Assembly: GCA_934447715.1 (NCBI GenBank)
Contig: CAKSER010000006.1
Span: 14,394-78,393 of the forward strand
DNA from: an uncultured Eubacteriales bacterium
Lineage (GTDB): Bacteria; Bacillota; Clostridia; Oscillospirales; CAG-272
Direction: 5' to 3'
DNA: 64,000 bases
Shown here: positions 28,095 through 36,924 of the stretch, one piece after another
Numbering within the stretch: position 1 is the first letter of the stretch
Layout: each line of letters starts with the position of its first letter
Position numbers and translations under genes: made by a program
The notes under the pieces: model-generated
What the model was told of the DNA's origin: nothing
Seen by the model: the letters and a program-made list of their open reading frames with translations, nothing else
Database searches by the model: none

Positions 28095-29210
28095 ATGGAA
28101 GCATCGTTCTATGGGGATCTTAGTGTCATCGGAATGACAGGCTGTGACAGCTTCGTAAAGAAGGTGGATCAGTATCTTCGCGAATGGAGAGAAACACCGG
28201 ATCACAGCTATATTATTACCCCCGAATGCAAACGCTTTGGAAACGGAGAGGCAAAAGCCATTCTTCATGACTCTTTAAGGGGGCACGACATTTACATATT
28301 CGCTGACATGTACAACTACGGCGTAAAATACCGCATGTACGGCAACGAGTATCCTATGAGCCCGGACGATCATTTTCAGGATGTCAAGCGTGTAATCAAC
28401 GCGGTTGCCGGAAAGGCAAGAAGAATATCCCTGATTATGCCTATGCTCTATGAGGGCAGACAGGACAAAAGACACGTAAGAGAATCTCTTGACTGTGCAG
28501 TTGCTCTTCAGGAGCTTGTAAACATGGGGGTTTCCAACATTATAACCTTCGACGTTCACAACAGCGGTGTCCAGAACGCGATTCCGCTTGCAGGCTTTGA
28601 CAGCATTCAGCCTACATATCAGATGCTCAAGGCTCTTGTAAGAAGTGTTCCGGATATAAAGCTGAATTCGGACAACCTCATGATTGTATCCCCCGACGAG
28701 GGCGGAATGGGCAGATGCCTTTATTACTCATCGGTGCTCCAGCTCAAGCTCGGAATGTTCTACAAGAGACGCGACTATACTGTTGTTGTCAGCGGTAAGA
28801 ACCCGATTGTCGCTCACGAGTACCTCGGAGAGGACGTTGCCGGAAAGGACATCATCGTAGTTGACGATATTATTTCCTCCGGTCAGTCTATGCTCGAGGT
28901 TGCGAGCAGATTAAAGCAGCAGGGTGCAAAGAGAATCTTCCTGTTTGCTACCTTCGGTCTGTTCTGCGAGGGACTTGAGGAAATCGACCGTGCATATGAA
29001 GAAGGCGCGTTTGACAAGATATTTACAACAAACCTTATTTATCGCTCGCCGGAGCTCCTTTCGAGAGAGTGGTTTCAGGAGGTAAGCATGTGCAAATATG
29101 TATCTCTTATCATAGACACTCTCAACCGCGACCAGAGCATCAGCCATGTTTTAAACCCCGTCGAACGAATCACAAAGCTTGTTGAAACACTAAACGAAAC
29201 TCAAAACTGA
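28095..29210 (+). CDS. ribose-phosphate pyrophosphokinase family protein (long paralog)
   Basis: Motifs PMLYEGRQDKR, ITFDVHN, IVSPDEGG and DIIVVDDIISSGQS (PRPP-binding loop). At 371 aa it is longer than canonical Prs (around 315 aa). Confidence 0.8.
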   Translation: MEASFYGDLSVIGMTGCDSFVKKVDQYLREWRETPDHSYIITPECKRFGNGEAKAILHDSLRGHDIYIFADMYNYGVKYRMYGNEYPMSPDDHFQDVKRVINAVAGKARRISLIMPMLYEGRQDKRHVRESLDCAVALQELVNMGVSNIITFDVHNSGVQNAIPLAGFDSIQPTYQMLKALVRSVPDIKLNSDNLMIVSPDEGGMGRCLYYSSVLQLKLGMFYKRRDYTVVVSGKNPIVAHEYLGEDVAGKDIIVVDDIISSGQSMLEVASRLKQQGAKRIFLFATFGLFCEGLEEIDRAYEEGAFDKIFTTNLIYRSPELLSREWFQEVSMCKYVSLIIDTLNRDQSISHVLNPVERITKLVETLNETQN

Positions 29211-29231
29211 AATCAGGATCGGAGAGCAGCG

Positions 29232-29429
29232 GTGGAAAACAATACTGACAGAAACGAAAAAGAGAAAACTGCAGAGCTTTTCAATATTTTTAGTCAGGCA
29301 GAGGTCAAGGAGCTTGAGAACCTGCTTGTAATGTCAGAGGACAGAGAGCAGAAGATTTTTTACCGCATGCTGATCAATCTTAAACTGCAGTTTGAGCAGG
29401 AAAAGATCATAGGAGAGCCACTTGTATGA
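29232..29429 (+). CDS. small acidic protein, candidate antitoxin of downstream zeta-like kinase
   Basis: 65 aa with a GTG start after GGAGAG. Its stop overlaps the next start (ATGA). I recognise no family. Confidence 0.4.
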   Translation: MENNTDRNEKEKTAELFNIFSQAEVKELENLLVMSEDREQKIFYRMLINLKLQFEQEKIIGEPLV

Positions 29430-30019
29430 GCAGCTCGGACACAAGCAAGGTTTTTACGATCATCGCCGGGATCAACGGCTCGGGCAAAACCTCTCTTTAT
29501 AAGGTTTTAAAGGGGGCGGACGAGCTCGGTCTTCGGGTCAACATAGACGAAATTGTCATGTCCGAGGGAGACTGGAAGGATCCGGCGCTCCAGGTTCGTG
29601 CAGGAAAAGCCGCAATGCATCTGATCGACGACTGCATCGAGAAGGGAATCTCCTTTCACCACGAGACGACCCTGCCTGGCGCGGTGGTGATCAGACAGAT
29701 TAAAAAAGCAAAGGAGCATGGCTTTCGAATCGTCCTTTACTATGTCGGAATCGACGATGTCAAAACCGCGATCAAGCGTGTACACAAGCGCGTTGCGATG
29801 GGCGGTCACGGAATCGACGACAGGTATATTATAAAAAGATATACCCAGCTGAAGGACAGGCTTTTACAGATTCTTCCGCTCTGCGACACTGCGGTCATGT
29901 TCGACAACACAAAAAAATTCCGCCAGATCGCCGTTTTCATGGAAAACAGAATTTACGACTGCGACCGGGATCTTCCGAACTGGTTTATCGATCTGATCGA
30001 CGATCTGCCGGAGCTTTAA
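29426..30019 (+). CDS. zeta-toxin/COG4185-family P-loop kinase
   Basis: IIAGINGSGKTS is the Walker A. FHHETTLPG, VLYYVGIDDVKTAIKRVHKRVAMGGHGIDD and VMFDNT match the pattern I recall for COG4185/Zeta_toxin proteins. Confidence 0.72.
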   Translation: MSSSDTSKVFTIIAGINGSGKTSLYKVLKGADELGLRVNIDEIVMSEGDWKDPALQVRAGKAAMHLIDDCIEKGISFHHETTLPGAVVIRQIKKAKEHGFRIVLYYVGIDDVKTAIKRVHKRVAMGGHGIDDRYIIKRYTQLKDRLLQILPLCDTAVMFDNTKKFRQIAVFMENRIYDCDRDLPNWFIDLIDDLPEL

Positions 30020-30179
30020 CACGGTCTGATATGATCTTAGCCTGATAAAATCCCGATCGGCGCAATTTGAAAACAAAATACAAGCCGCCGTTTCGTAATT
30101 CGGGATGGCGGTTTTTAAGAGGCAATAGGCTTTAAGAAGCAGCAAAATCAATGTCAACAAAGGTTAACAAGGAGCAATT

Positions 30180-30848
30180 ATGAAGGGCAAAATCGAAAAA
30201 TGTAAGGCGTATATTTTTGATCTCGACGGCACTCTTGCATACACGATCGACGACCTCAGAACGGCAATGAACCGGATGCTTGAAGAGCTCGGATATCCGC
30301 TCATGACAAAGCAGGACATTCTTAACAATATCAACTGCGGAGCAAGGCTGTTTGTAAAAAGATGTCTGCCGGAAGGCATCCGCGAGGATGAGGAGAAGCT
30401 CGAGGAGGCGTTTTTGCTGTATCAAAGCTGCTATCAGGGCTGCTATCTTGACTCGACGGTTCTCTACCCCGGAGTTGCGGAAGGGATTGCATATCTTAAC
30501 GAAAAAAATATTCCTCTGGCGGTCTTTTCAAACAAGTCGACCGAGCATGTCGTCCCGATTATAAACAAGCTCTTCCCGAAGGACAGCTTCAAAATCATTC
30601 TCGGCCACGACGACAGGTTCCCGACAAAACCGGATCCGTCGGGTCCTAAATGGATTGCAGGTCAGTTCGATCTGAATCCTAACGAAATCGGATTTATCGG
30701 AGATTCGGATGTCGACATGCACACGGCAATAAACTCCGGAATGCATCCGATCGGCGTAAACTGGGGATACCGTCCTCCGGAGCTTCTTTTAGAACTTGGC
30801 GCAGAGGCGGTTTTAGCCTCTCTTGACGATATAAAGGCTCTCGCCTGA
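30180..30848 (+). CDS. HAD-family hydrolase (phosphoglycolate phosphatase-like)
   Basis: Motifs YIFDLDGTLA (DxDG motif I), AVFSNK (motif II) and IGDSDVDMHTA (motif IV). Confidence 0.85.
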   Translation: MKGKIEKCKAYIFDLDGTLAYTIDDLRTAMNRMLEELGYPLMTKQDILNNINCGARLFVKRCLPEGIREDEEKLEEAFLLYQSCYQGCYLDSTVLYPGVAEGIAYLNEKNIPLAVFSNKSTEHVVPIINKLFPKDSFKIILGHDDRFPTKPDPSGPKWIAGQFDLNPNEIGFIGDSDVDMHTAINSGMHPIGVNWGYRPPELLLELGAEAVLASLDDIKALA

Positions 30849-30912
30849 GTTTTTTCCTGCCGGAATATAAAAAACCCGTCCTATAATTGAAAAAAACACA
30901 AAATTAATTACA

Positions 30913-30967
30913 AAATCGCCTGTCAAAGCTTGCACTATCGAGCCCTTACAGGCGATTTCTTATTTTT
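30913..30967 (+). terminator. terminator after HAD gene
   Basis: Stem AAATCGCCTGT / ACAGGCGATTT followed by CTTATTTTT. Confidence 0.55.
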
Positions 30968-31032
30968 CCGTCATAATTCCGATTTTCTGTCGATTTCAGA
31001 CCTACATATTCCCTCAAGGGACTTCCAAGGTC

Positions 31033-31068
31033 AAAAAAAGCTCTCCGCAGATCAGCGGAGAGCTTTTT
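31033..31068 (-). terminator. aspS terminator (bidirectional hairpin)
   Basis: AAAAAGCTCTCCGC-agatca-GCGGAGAGCTTTTT, flanked by A and T runs. Confidence 0.75.
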
Positions 31069-31090
31069 GAAGTTAAAAACAATATACCAC

Positions 31091-32875
31091 TTATTGCTCC
31101 GGAACAACGACCTTGATTCCGAGATCCTCAAGCGCCTTTACATCTGTCGGTGTAGGTGCGCCGGACATAAGCTCGGAGGCGTTCTGAACCTTCGGGAAGG
31201 CAACGACGTCGCGGAGGCTGTCCGCGCCGCACATAAGCATCGAGAGGCGGTCAAGACCGAGACCGAGGCCTCCGTGCGGAGGTGCGCCGTAATTATATGC
31301 GTCGACAAGGAAGCCGAATTTCGCCTCTATCTCTTCCTTTGTAAGTCCGAGAAGAGTGAACATCTTCTGCTGAAGCTCCGGATCGGTAATTCTCATCGAG
31401 CCCGAGCAGAGCTCGATTCCGTTAAGCACAAGGTCATATGCCTTTGCCCTTACCGCACCCTTGTTTTCATCAAGATCCTTTATGCACTCGTCAAGAGGCA
31501 TTGTGAACGGGTGATGCATCGCGTCCCAATTCTGCGTTTCCTCGTTATATTCAAAAAACGGGAACTCGGTTATCCACAGGAAGTTCCACTTCTCGGGGAT
31601 TATATCCAGTTTTTTTGCAACCGCAAGTCTGAGCGCTCCGAGTGTCGGCAAAACCACATTGTTCTTATCTGCGACGATCAGCGCAACGTCTCCCTTTTCG
31701 CAGCCGAGCTTGCTCATAATCGCCTCAAGCTCGCCTTCCTTCATGAACTTTGCAAACGAGCAGTTCGGCGTATCCTCGATAAATCTGATATATGCAAGTC
31801 CCTTTGCGCCGATTCCCTTTGCGTGCTCGGTCAGCTTGTCGATCTCCTTACGGGTAAGATGCTCTGCTCCTCCCTTTGCGACAATACCGCGCACAGAGCC
31901 TCCTGCTTTTATTGCACCGGAGAACACGGAAAATTCGCTGTCCTTTACGGTGTCGGAAATATCGGTTATCTCCATGGCAAAGCGCGTATCCGGCTTATCC
32001 GAGCCGTAACGGTTCATCGCATCGTTATAGGTCAGCCTCGGCAGCGGAAGCGGAATGTCGACTCCGAGCACCTTCTTATAAAGGTAAGCGATAAAGCCCT
32101 CTCCCATTTCCATTATGTCGTTCTGATCGACAAATGACATCTCAAGGTCGATCTGTGTAAATTCCGGCTGTCTGTCGGCTCTTAAGTCCTCGTCTCTGAA
32201 GCAGCGCGCAAGCTGAATATATCTGTCAAAGCCGGCTATCATCAGAAGCTGCTTATATATCTGCGGAGACTGCGGAAGCGCGTAGAAGCTTCCCTTATGG
32301 ATTCTTGACGGAACAAGATAATCCCTTGCTCCCTCCGGCGTGGATTTTATCATCATCGGAGTCTCGATCTCGACAAAGCCGTTATTGTAAAAATACTCTC
32401 TTGCGGTCTTTGCGATCTCGTGCCTCATAAGAATATTCTTTGTAAGTGTCGGGCGGCGCAGATCGAGATATCTGTACTTAAGCGCAAGCTCGTCCTTTAC
32501 GTTCTTGCCGTCATCGATTTCAAACGGAGTGGTTCTTGCGGCGCTGAGAATTTTATACCCGTCGACGGCAATTTCGATCTCTCCTGTCGGGATCTGATCG
32601 TTTACCGAGCTTCTTTTCCTTACGGTTCCGTGTGCAACAACTATAAATTCGGATCTTGTTTTAAACGCCTTGTCGAAAATCTCCTTGTCGGTGTTTTCGT
32701 CAAAGGCAAGCTGCACGATTCCGGTTCTGTCGCGCAGATCGATAAATATAAGCGAGCCGAGGTCTCTTTGTCTCTGTACCCAACCCATTGCGCAGACGCG
32801 GCTGCCGATATCGCTTCCTCTGAATTCTCCGCAATATTTTGTTCTTTTATCGTTTGATGTAAGTAATTCCGCCAT
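31091..32875 (-). CDS. aspS: aspartate--tRNA ligase
   Basis: Motifs GWVQRQRDLGSLIFIDLRDRTGIVQ (OB fold), FRDEDLRADRQPEFTQID (motif 2) and GGLGLGLDRL (motif 3). Confidence 0.95.
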   Translation of the reverse strand: MAELLTSNDKRTKYCGEFRGSDIGSRVCAMGWVQRQRDLGSLIFIDLRDRTGIVQLAFDENTDKEIFDKAFKTRSEFIVVAHGTVRKRSSVNDQIPTGEIEIAVDGYKILSAARTTPFEIDDGKNVKDELALKYRYLDLRRPTLTKNILMRHEIAKTAREYFYNNGFVEIETPMMIKSTPEGARDYLVPSRIHKGSFYALPQSPQIYKQLLMIAGFDRYIQLARCFRDEDLRADRQPEFTQIDLEMSFVDQNDIMEMGEGFIAYLYKKVLGVDIPLPLPRLTYNDAMNRYGSDKPDTRFAMEITDISDTVKDSEFSVFSGAIKAGGSVRGIVAKGGAEHLTRKEIDKLTEHAKGIGAKGLAYIRFIEDTPNCSFAKFMKEGELEAIMSKLGCEKGDVALIVADKNNVVLPTLGALRLAVAKKLDIIPEKWNFLWITEFPFFEYNEETQNWDAMHHPFTMPLDECIKDLDENKGAVRAKAYDLVLNGIELCSGSMRITDPELQQKMFTLLGLTKEEIEAKFGFLVDAYNYGAPPHGGLGLGLDRLSMLMCGADSLRDVVAFPKVQNASELMSGAPTPTDVKALEDLGIKVVVPEQ

Positions 32876-32989
32876 TTTTGACCTTTATTACCTTTCCTTC
32901 TGTATATTAACTATATTAAATCACAGTATGATATTTTATTTTATCACACATCTGCGCTTTTGTCTATATTTTTCGGATTATTCCGCCCC

Positions 32990-33025
32990 ATAAAAAGAAA
33001 ACCGCTGCAATAACGCAAGCGGTTT
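32990..33025 (-). terminator. liv operon terminator
   Basis: Hairpin ACCGCTTGCG..GCAGCGGT followed by TTTCTTTTTAT on the minus strand. Confidence 0.6.
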
Positions 33026-33052
33026 ATCTTTATTCACACAGTCGCCGTCTTA

Positions 33053-33766
33053 TCAGCCGCCGAGATATGCTTTCTTTACATCCTCGCTTTCCATAAGCTC
33101 CTTTCCGGTGTCCGAAAGAACAATCCGTCCGTTTTCAAGGACATATGCCCTGTCGGATATGGCAAGCGATTTCCCGGCATTCTGCTCTACAAGCAGAACG
33201 GTTATTCCCTTCTTGTTGAAGCTGTTGACAATTATATCAAACACCTCGTCAACAAGAAGCGGCGAAAGACCCATAGACGGCTCGTCAAGCATCAGAAGGT
33301 CCGGATGGCTCATCATCGCCCTGCCCATTGCAAGCATCTGCTGCTCGCCTCCGGAAAGCGTGCCGGCAATCTGGCTCTTTCTCTCTCCCAACCTCGGGAA
33401 AAAGCTGTATATCTCCTCGATATCCTGCTTTATCTTTTTCTTATCCTTTTTTGTATATGCTCCCATCAGCAGGTTTTCGTATACCGTAAGCTCCTGGAAA
33501 ATCCTTCTTCCCTCCGGCACCTGCGTCATTCCGAGACGCACGATCTTGTGGCAGGGTGTTTTTGTAATGTCCTGTCCGTTAAAAGTGACCGAGCCTCCTC
33601 TTATGGGAATCAGACCCATGATGCTCTGCATCGTTGTAGTCTTTCCGGCACCGTTTGCACCGATAAGTGTTACAATTTCTCCTTTATTTACCTCAAAGCT
33701 GATGCCCTTAAGTGCCTTGATAACACCGTAGTAGACCTCGAGGTCCTTTACTTCCAAAAATGCCAT
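33053..33766 (-). CDS. livF: branched-chain amino acid ABC transporter ATP-binding protein LivF-type
   Basis: Motifs GANGAGKTT, LSGGEQQMLAMGRA and LLMLDEPS. I chose the ATG at 33766, downstream of GGAGG. Confidence 0.9.
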   Translation of the reverse strand: MAFLEVKDLEVYYGVIKALKGISFEVNKGEIVTLIGANGAGKTTTMQSIMGLIPIRGGSVTFNGQDITKTPCHKIVRLGMTQVPEGRRIFQELTVYENLLMGAYTKKDKKKIKQDIEEIYSFFPRLGERKSQIAGTLSGGEQQMLAMGRAMMSHPDLLMLDEPSMGLSPLLVDEVFDIIVNSFNKKGITVLLVEQNAGKSLAISDRAYVLENGRIVLSDTGKELMESEDVKKAYLGG

Positions 33767-33909
33767 ATCTGCTACCGTCACCTCCGTTTTAGAGAAGGCT
33801 GCCTTTCCTTTAGAAAGAATTGTTTGTTTTACGGGAAGAGTTCTGTTTTCGCCTTACAAAACAAGTCTTAAATGCCCGATCGCGTGGTAAATGCCAAAAG
33901 CCACCCGGC

Positions 33910-34680
33910 TTAGTCTCCTATATATGCCTTGATGACCTCGGGGTTGTTAAGAACGTCCTTTGTATCTCCCTGTGCAAGAACCGTTCCGAAGTTCAGAACC
34001 GTGATCTCGTCGCAAAGACCCGAGACAAATTTCATATCATGCTCTATAAGCAGGATTGTAAGATCGTAATCATCCCTTATTTTACGGACAATATCCATCA
34101 GCTCCGCTGTTTCATTCGGATTCATACCCGCTGCCGGCTCGTCGAGAAGAAGGAGCTTTGGATTGGTTGCAAGCGCACGGGCAATCTCGAGCTTTCTCTG
34201 CTTTCCGTACGGAAGATTGCAGGCAAGGTTGTTTCTCTGGTCATAAAGACCGAATATCTTTAAAATATCCTTTGCCTTCTCGCGCATGTCGACCTCTGTT
34301 TTAAAGTGCCTCGGAAGGCGAAGCATACTGACAAACGGATTGCATTTGAATTCCTTATCGTTTGCAAGACCGACCATTACGTTTCTTACAACGCTCATGT
34401 TGCTGAACAGGCGGATATTCTGAAAGGTTCTCGCAATCCCCATGTGATTGATCTTTTCCTGCGTCTTGCCGTTCAGCTTTTCACCATCAAGATAAATCGC
34501 TCCGGCAGTCGGCTGATAAACACCGGTAATCATATTGAAAACGGTGGTTTTTCCGGCTCCGTTAGGTCCGACAAGACCGTAAAGCTGCTTCTTTTTTATT
34601 TCGAGATTGACATTCTGTACAGCCTTCAGACCGCCGAAGGATATGCCGAGATCTTCGGTTTTAAGCATAACATCCGACAT
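33910..34680 (-). CDS. livG: branched-chain amino acid ABC transporter ATP-binding protein LivG-type
   Basis: Motifs GPNGAGKTT, LPYGKQRKLEIARAL and LLLLDEPAAGMN. Confidence 0.9.
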   Translation of the reverse strand: MSDVMLKTEDLGISFGGLKAVQNVNLEIKKKQLYGLVGPNGAGKTTVFNMITGVYQPTAGAIYLDGEKLNGKTQEKINHMGIARTFQNIRLFSNMSVVRNVMVGLANDKEFKCNPFVSMLRLPRHFKTEVDMREKAKDILKIFGLYDQRNNLACNLPYGKQRKLEIARALATNPKLLLLDEPAAGMNPNETAELMDIVRKIRDDYDLTILLIEHDMKFVSGLCDEITVLNFGTVLAQGDTKDVLNNPEVIKAYIGD

Positions 34681-34681
34681 A

Positions 34682-35836
34682 TTATTTCTCCTTTTCGTCC
34701 GGATTTCCGTCGCCGGATCCGTCTTTTATCTTTATATCGGCAGAAAGAACCTCGTCCATATTGATCTTGGTCTTGATTTTGTTCCAATCCGCCGCATCGT
34801 CGCTGATTACCTCAGGCTTTGCCGATCTGTTGAATATCTTATTCTTTAAGCTTCTCAGGCTTATTTTCTCCTTTAACGGAGCAAGAGCCGGTGCATTTCC
34901 CCAGACTACGACAACAATCAGGATAAATGCATAAATGAGCAGCTTGAGCGCCGCAAGACCGCCGGTAAGCTCGCTCTGGAGCTTGAAGTTGACATATGTG
35001 ATGAGCACCGCCGAAAGAATCGAGCCGTTGATGCTTCCCATTCCGCCGAGGACGACCATGACGAGAATTTCGATCGAATAGTTATAGGAAAACGTTCCGT
35101 AAAGAACCGGGTTTGTAAAGTGTCCGTAAAGTACCCCGGCGATTCCGGCAAAGAACGCGGCTATCGTAAAGACAAACAGCTTATAGAAGGTAACGTTTAC
35201 ACCCATCGCCTTCGCTGCGATCTCGTTGTCGCGGATTGCGGTAATTGCTCTTCCGTGCTTTGAACGAATAAGGTTCTGAATCAAAAACAGAACGATCAGC
35301 ACGGTGATAAAGGATATAACAAACAGCTTCTTCTGATCCATCTGAATACCGTTTGTGATAAGTCCCTTTGCACCGCCGAACATCGGCAGATTTTTGAATA
35401 TGTTTCTTACAATCTCTCCGAAGGCAAGAGTTACTATTGCAAGATAGTCGCCCTTGAGCCTCAGCGCAGGAAGACCGATTATAAGTCCGAAGACCGCAGC
35501 CGATATTCCTCCGATCAGCATCGAGATAATCAAAACAATGATATCGTTTCCGATTACCGGCAGAAGACTGTTTGCCGCATAGCATCCGATATATGCTCCG
35601 ACGCACATAAAGCCGGCGTGGCCGAGCGAAAGCTCGCCTAAAAATCCTACAACAAGATTAAGCGATACGGCAAGGATTATGCTGTATGCGATTCTTACAA
35701 AAAGTCCTGCGACAGAGCGGCTGAGCGAGCCGGTGCTGCTTAATATCGTCGAGAAAATCAGAAAGGCGATTATTACGATATAGTTTATCTGATATTTCCA
35801 CTTGAATGTTTTCTTTATGTAGCTGAATAAGCTCAT
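34682..35836 (-). CDS. livM: branched-chain amino acid ABC transporter permease LivM-type
   Basis: Polytopic protein with LGELSLGHAGFMCVGAY and GSINGSILSAV. It has a C-terminal soluble tail of about 60 aa. Confidence 0.85.
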   Translation of the reverse strand: MSLFSYIKKTFKWKYQINYIVIIAFLIFSTILSSTGSLSRSVAGLFVRIAYSIILAVSLNLVVGFLGELSLGHAGFMCVGAYIGCYAANSLLPVIGNDIIVLIISMLIGGISAAVFGLIIGLPALRLKGDYLAIVTLAFGEIVRNIFKNLPMFGGAKGLITNGIQMDQKKLFVISFITVLIVLFLIQNLIRSKHGRAITAIRDNEIAAKAMGVNVTFYKLFVFTIAAFFAGIAGVLYGHFTNPVLYGTFSYNYSIEILVMVVLGGMGSINGSILSAVLITYVNFKLQSELTGGLAALKLLIYAFILIVVVVWGNAPALAPLKEKISLRSLKNKIFNRSAKPEVISDDAADWNKIKTKINMDEVLSADIKIKDGSGDGNPDEKEK

Positions 35837-35839
35837 CGT

Positions 35840-36703
35840 TTACACCTTCTCTCTGCGCTTCTTGCCGAGCAGTCCGATCGGTCTTACAAGAAGAATTACA
35901 ATCAGCAGGCTGAATTCAATTGCCGTTGTGTAGTCTTTGATCATCGGAATGCTCAGGCATACCTTTTCGACAATACCCAAAAGGACTCCGCCGATCATTG
36001 CGCCCGGGATTGAACCGATTCCGCCGATTACCGCAGCCGTAAACGCCTTGATTCCGGGGAGCGAGCCGAGCGTCGGCTCAACCGCCGGTATCTGCATCAG
36101 ATAAAACAGTGAGGCAAATGCAGCAAGTGCGGAGCCGATTGCAAAGGTTATCATTATTATATTATTTACATTGACGCCCATGAGCTGTGCGGCACCCCTG
36201 TCCTCGGAGACTGCAAGCATCGCGCGTCCGGTTCTGGTTTTCTTGATGAAAACCGTCAGAGCCACCATTAATATCGCACCGACGACAAGCGTAATTACGG
36301 TGCTTACTCTTATCTGCGTGCCGAACACGGTAATCATTCCGAAATCCGGTAGCGAGATCTGGTGCGGCTTTGCGCCGAAGATAAGCTGCGCGAGTCCCTG
36401 AAACATATAGCTTACGCCGATCGCGGTGATCAGAACCGCAAGCGGAGATGCTCCTCTTAACGGCTTATATGCAAACTTCTCGACTGCTATTCCGATAACG
36501 CAGCAGACGACGACGGATACTGCAAAGCCGACGAAGGCATTTGTACCGAGATTCAGACAGGTCAGTATTGTATATGCACCTATCATTATAATGTCTCCGT
36601 GCGCAAAGTTAAGCATCTTGGCAATACCGTAAACCATTGTGTAACCGAGCGCCACAAGTGCATATACCGCACCAAGACTCAGTCCGTCAAGTATTGTACT
36701 CAT
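35840..36703 (-). CDS. livH: branched-chain amino acid ABC transporter permease LivH-type
   Basis: Motifs LSLGAVYALVALGYTMVYGIAKMLNFAHGD and GGIGSIPGAMIGG. Confidence 0.9.
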   Translation of the reverse strand: MSTILDGLSLGAVYALVALGYTMVYGIAKMLNFAHGDIIMIGAYTILTCLNLGTNAFVGFAVSVVVCCVIGIAVEKFAYKPLRGASPLAVLITAIGVSYMFQGLAQLIFGAKPHQISLPDFGMITVFGTQIRVSTVITLVVGAILMVALTVFIKKTRTGRAMLAVSEDRGAAQLMGVNVNNIIMITFAIGSALAAFASLFYLMQIPAVEPTLGSLPGIKAFTAAVIGGIGSIPGAMIGGVLLGIVEKVCLSIPMIKDYTTAIEFSLLIVILLVRPIGLLGKKRREKV

Positions 36704-36834
36704 TGTTATTGCTCCTTATTTGCAAAATTGCGATTTGTTTTTTTTGCATGCAGTGAAAGGAAGCAGATTTTTCCTCAATCTATCTCTTTTCACTGCAGGC
36801 AAAGATTTGCCGAATAACACGTTGAGCAAGCGGA

Positions 36835-36859
36835 CAAAGTCCGCTTGCTTAACGGCAGT
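36835..36859 (-). terminator. intercistronic 11-bp stem-loop after the binding-protein gene (attenuator/RNA stabiliser candidate)
   Basis: AGCAAGCGGAC-aaa-GTCCGCTTGCT with no clear U-tract. It lies in the 221-nt livJ-livH spacer. Confidence 0.4.
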
Positions 36860-36924
36860 TACTGGTTCTCCGTTTTATCCCGAATCATTTAAAGCATCCG
36901 GACCTTACGGGTTTTTTGTGGGTT

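Noticed and set aside
30084-30116. Terminator after the zeta-like gene (GCCGCC..GGCGG followed by TTTTT).
   Set aside because: The stem is only 5-6 bp with a 17-nt loop. That is too weak to list as a feature, although termination here is plausible.
31067-32137. Long antisense 'shadow' ORFs opposite real genes. Examples: 31067-32137 opposite aspS, 45080-46009 opposite the polymerase, 59790-60737 opposite ftsX, 46185-46934 opposite lexA, 6166-6930 opposite the membrane protein, 33108-33731 opposite livF, 2357-3004 opposite dtxR, and 61560-62213 opposite the cdaR-like gene.
   Set aside because: - The opposite strand in each case encodes a protein with unmistakable family motifs.
- The shadow translations are Cys/Arg/Leu-rich with no motifs or RBS.
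32876-33052. T-box or other leader upstream of aspS.
   Set aside because: - Only about 115 nt lie between the upstream liv terminator and the aspS start.
- I saw no specifier-loop/T-box sequence (AANNNGGGTGGTACCGCG-like) and no terminator/antiterminator pair.
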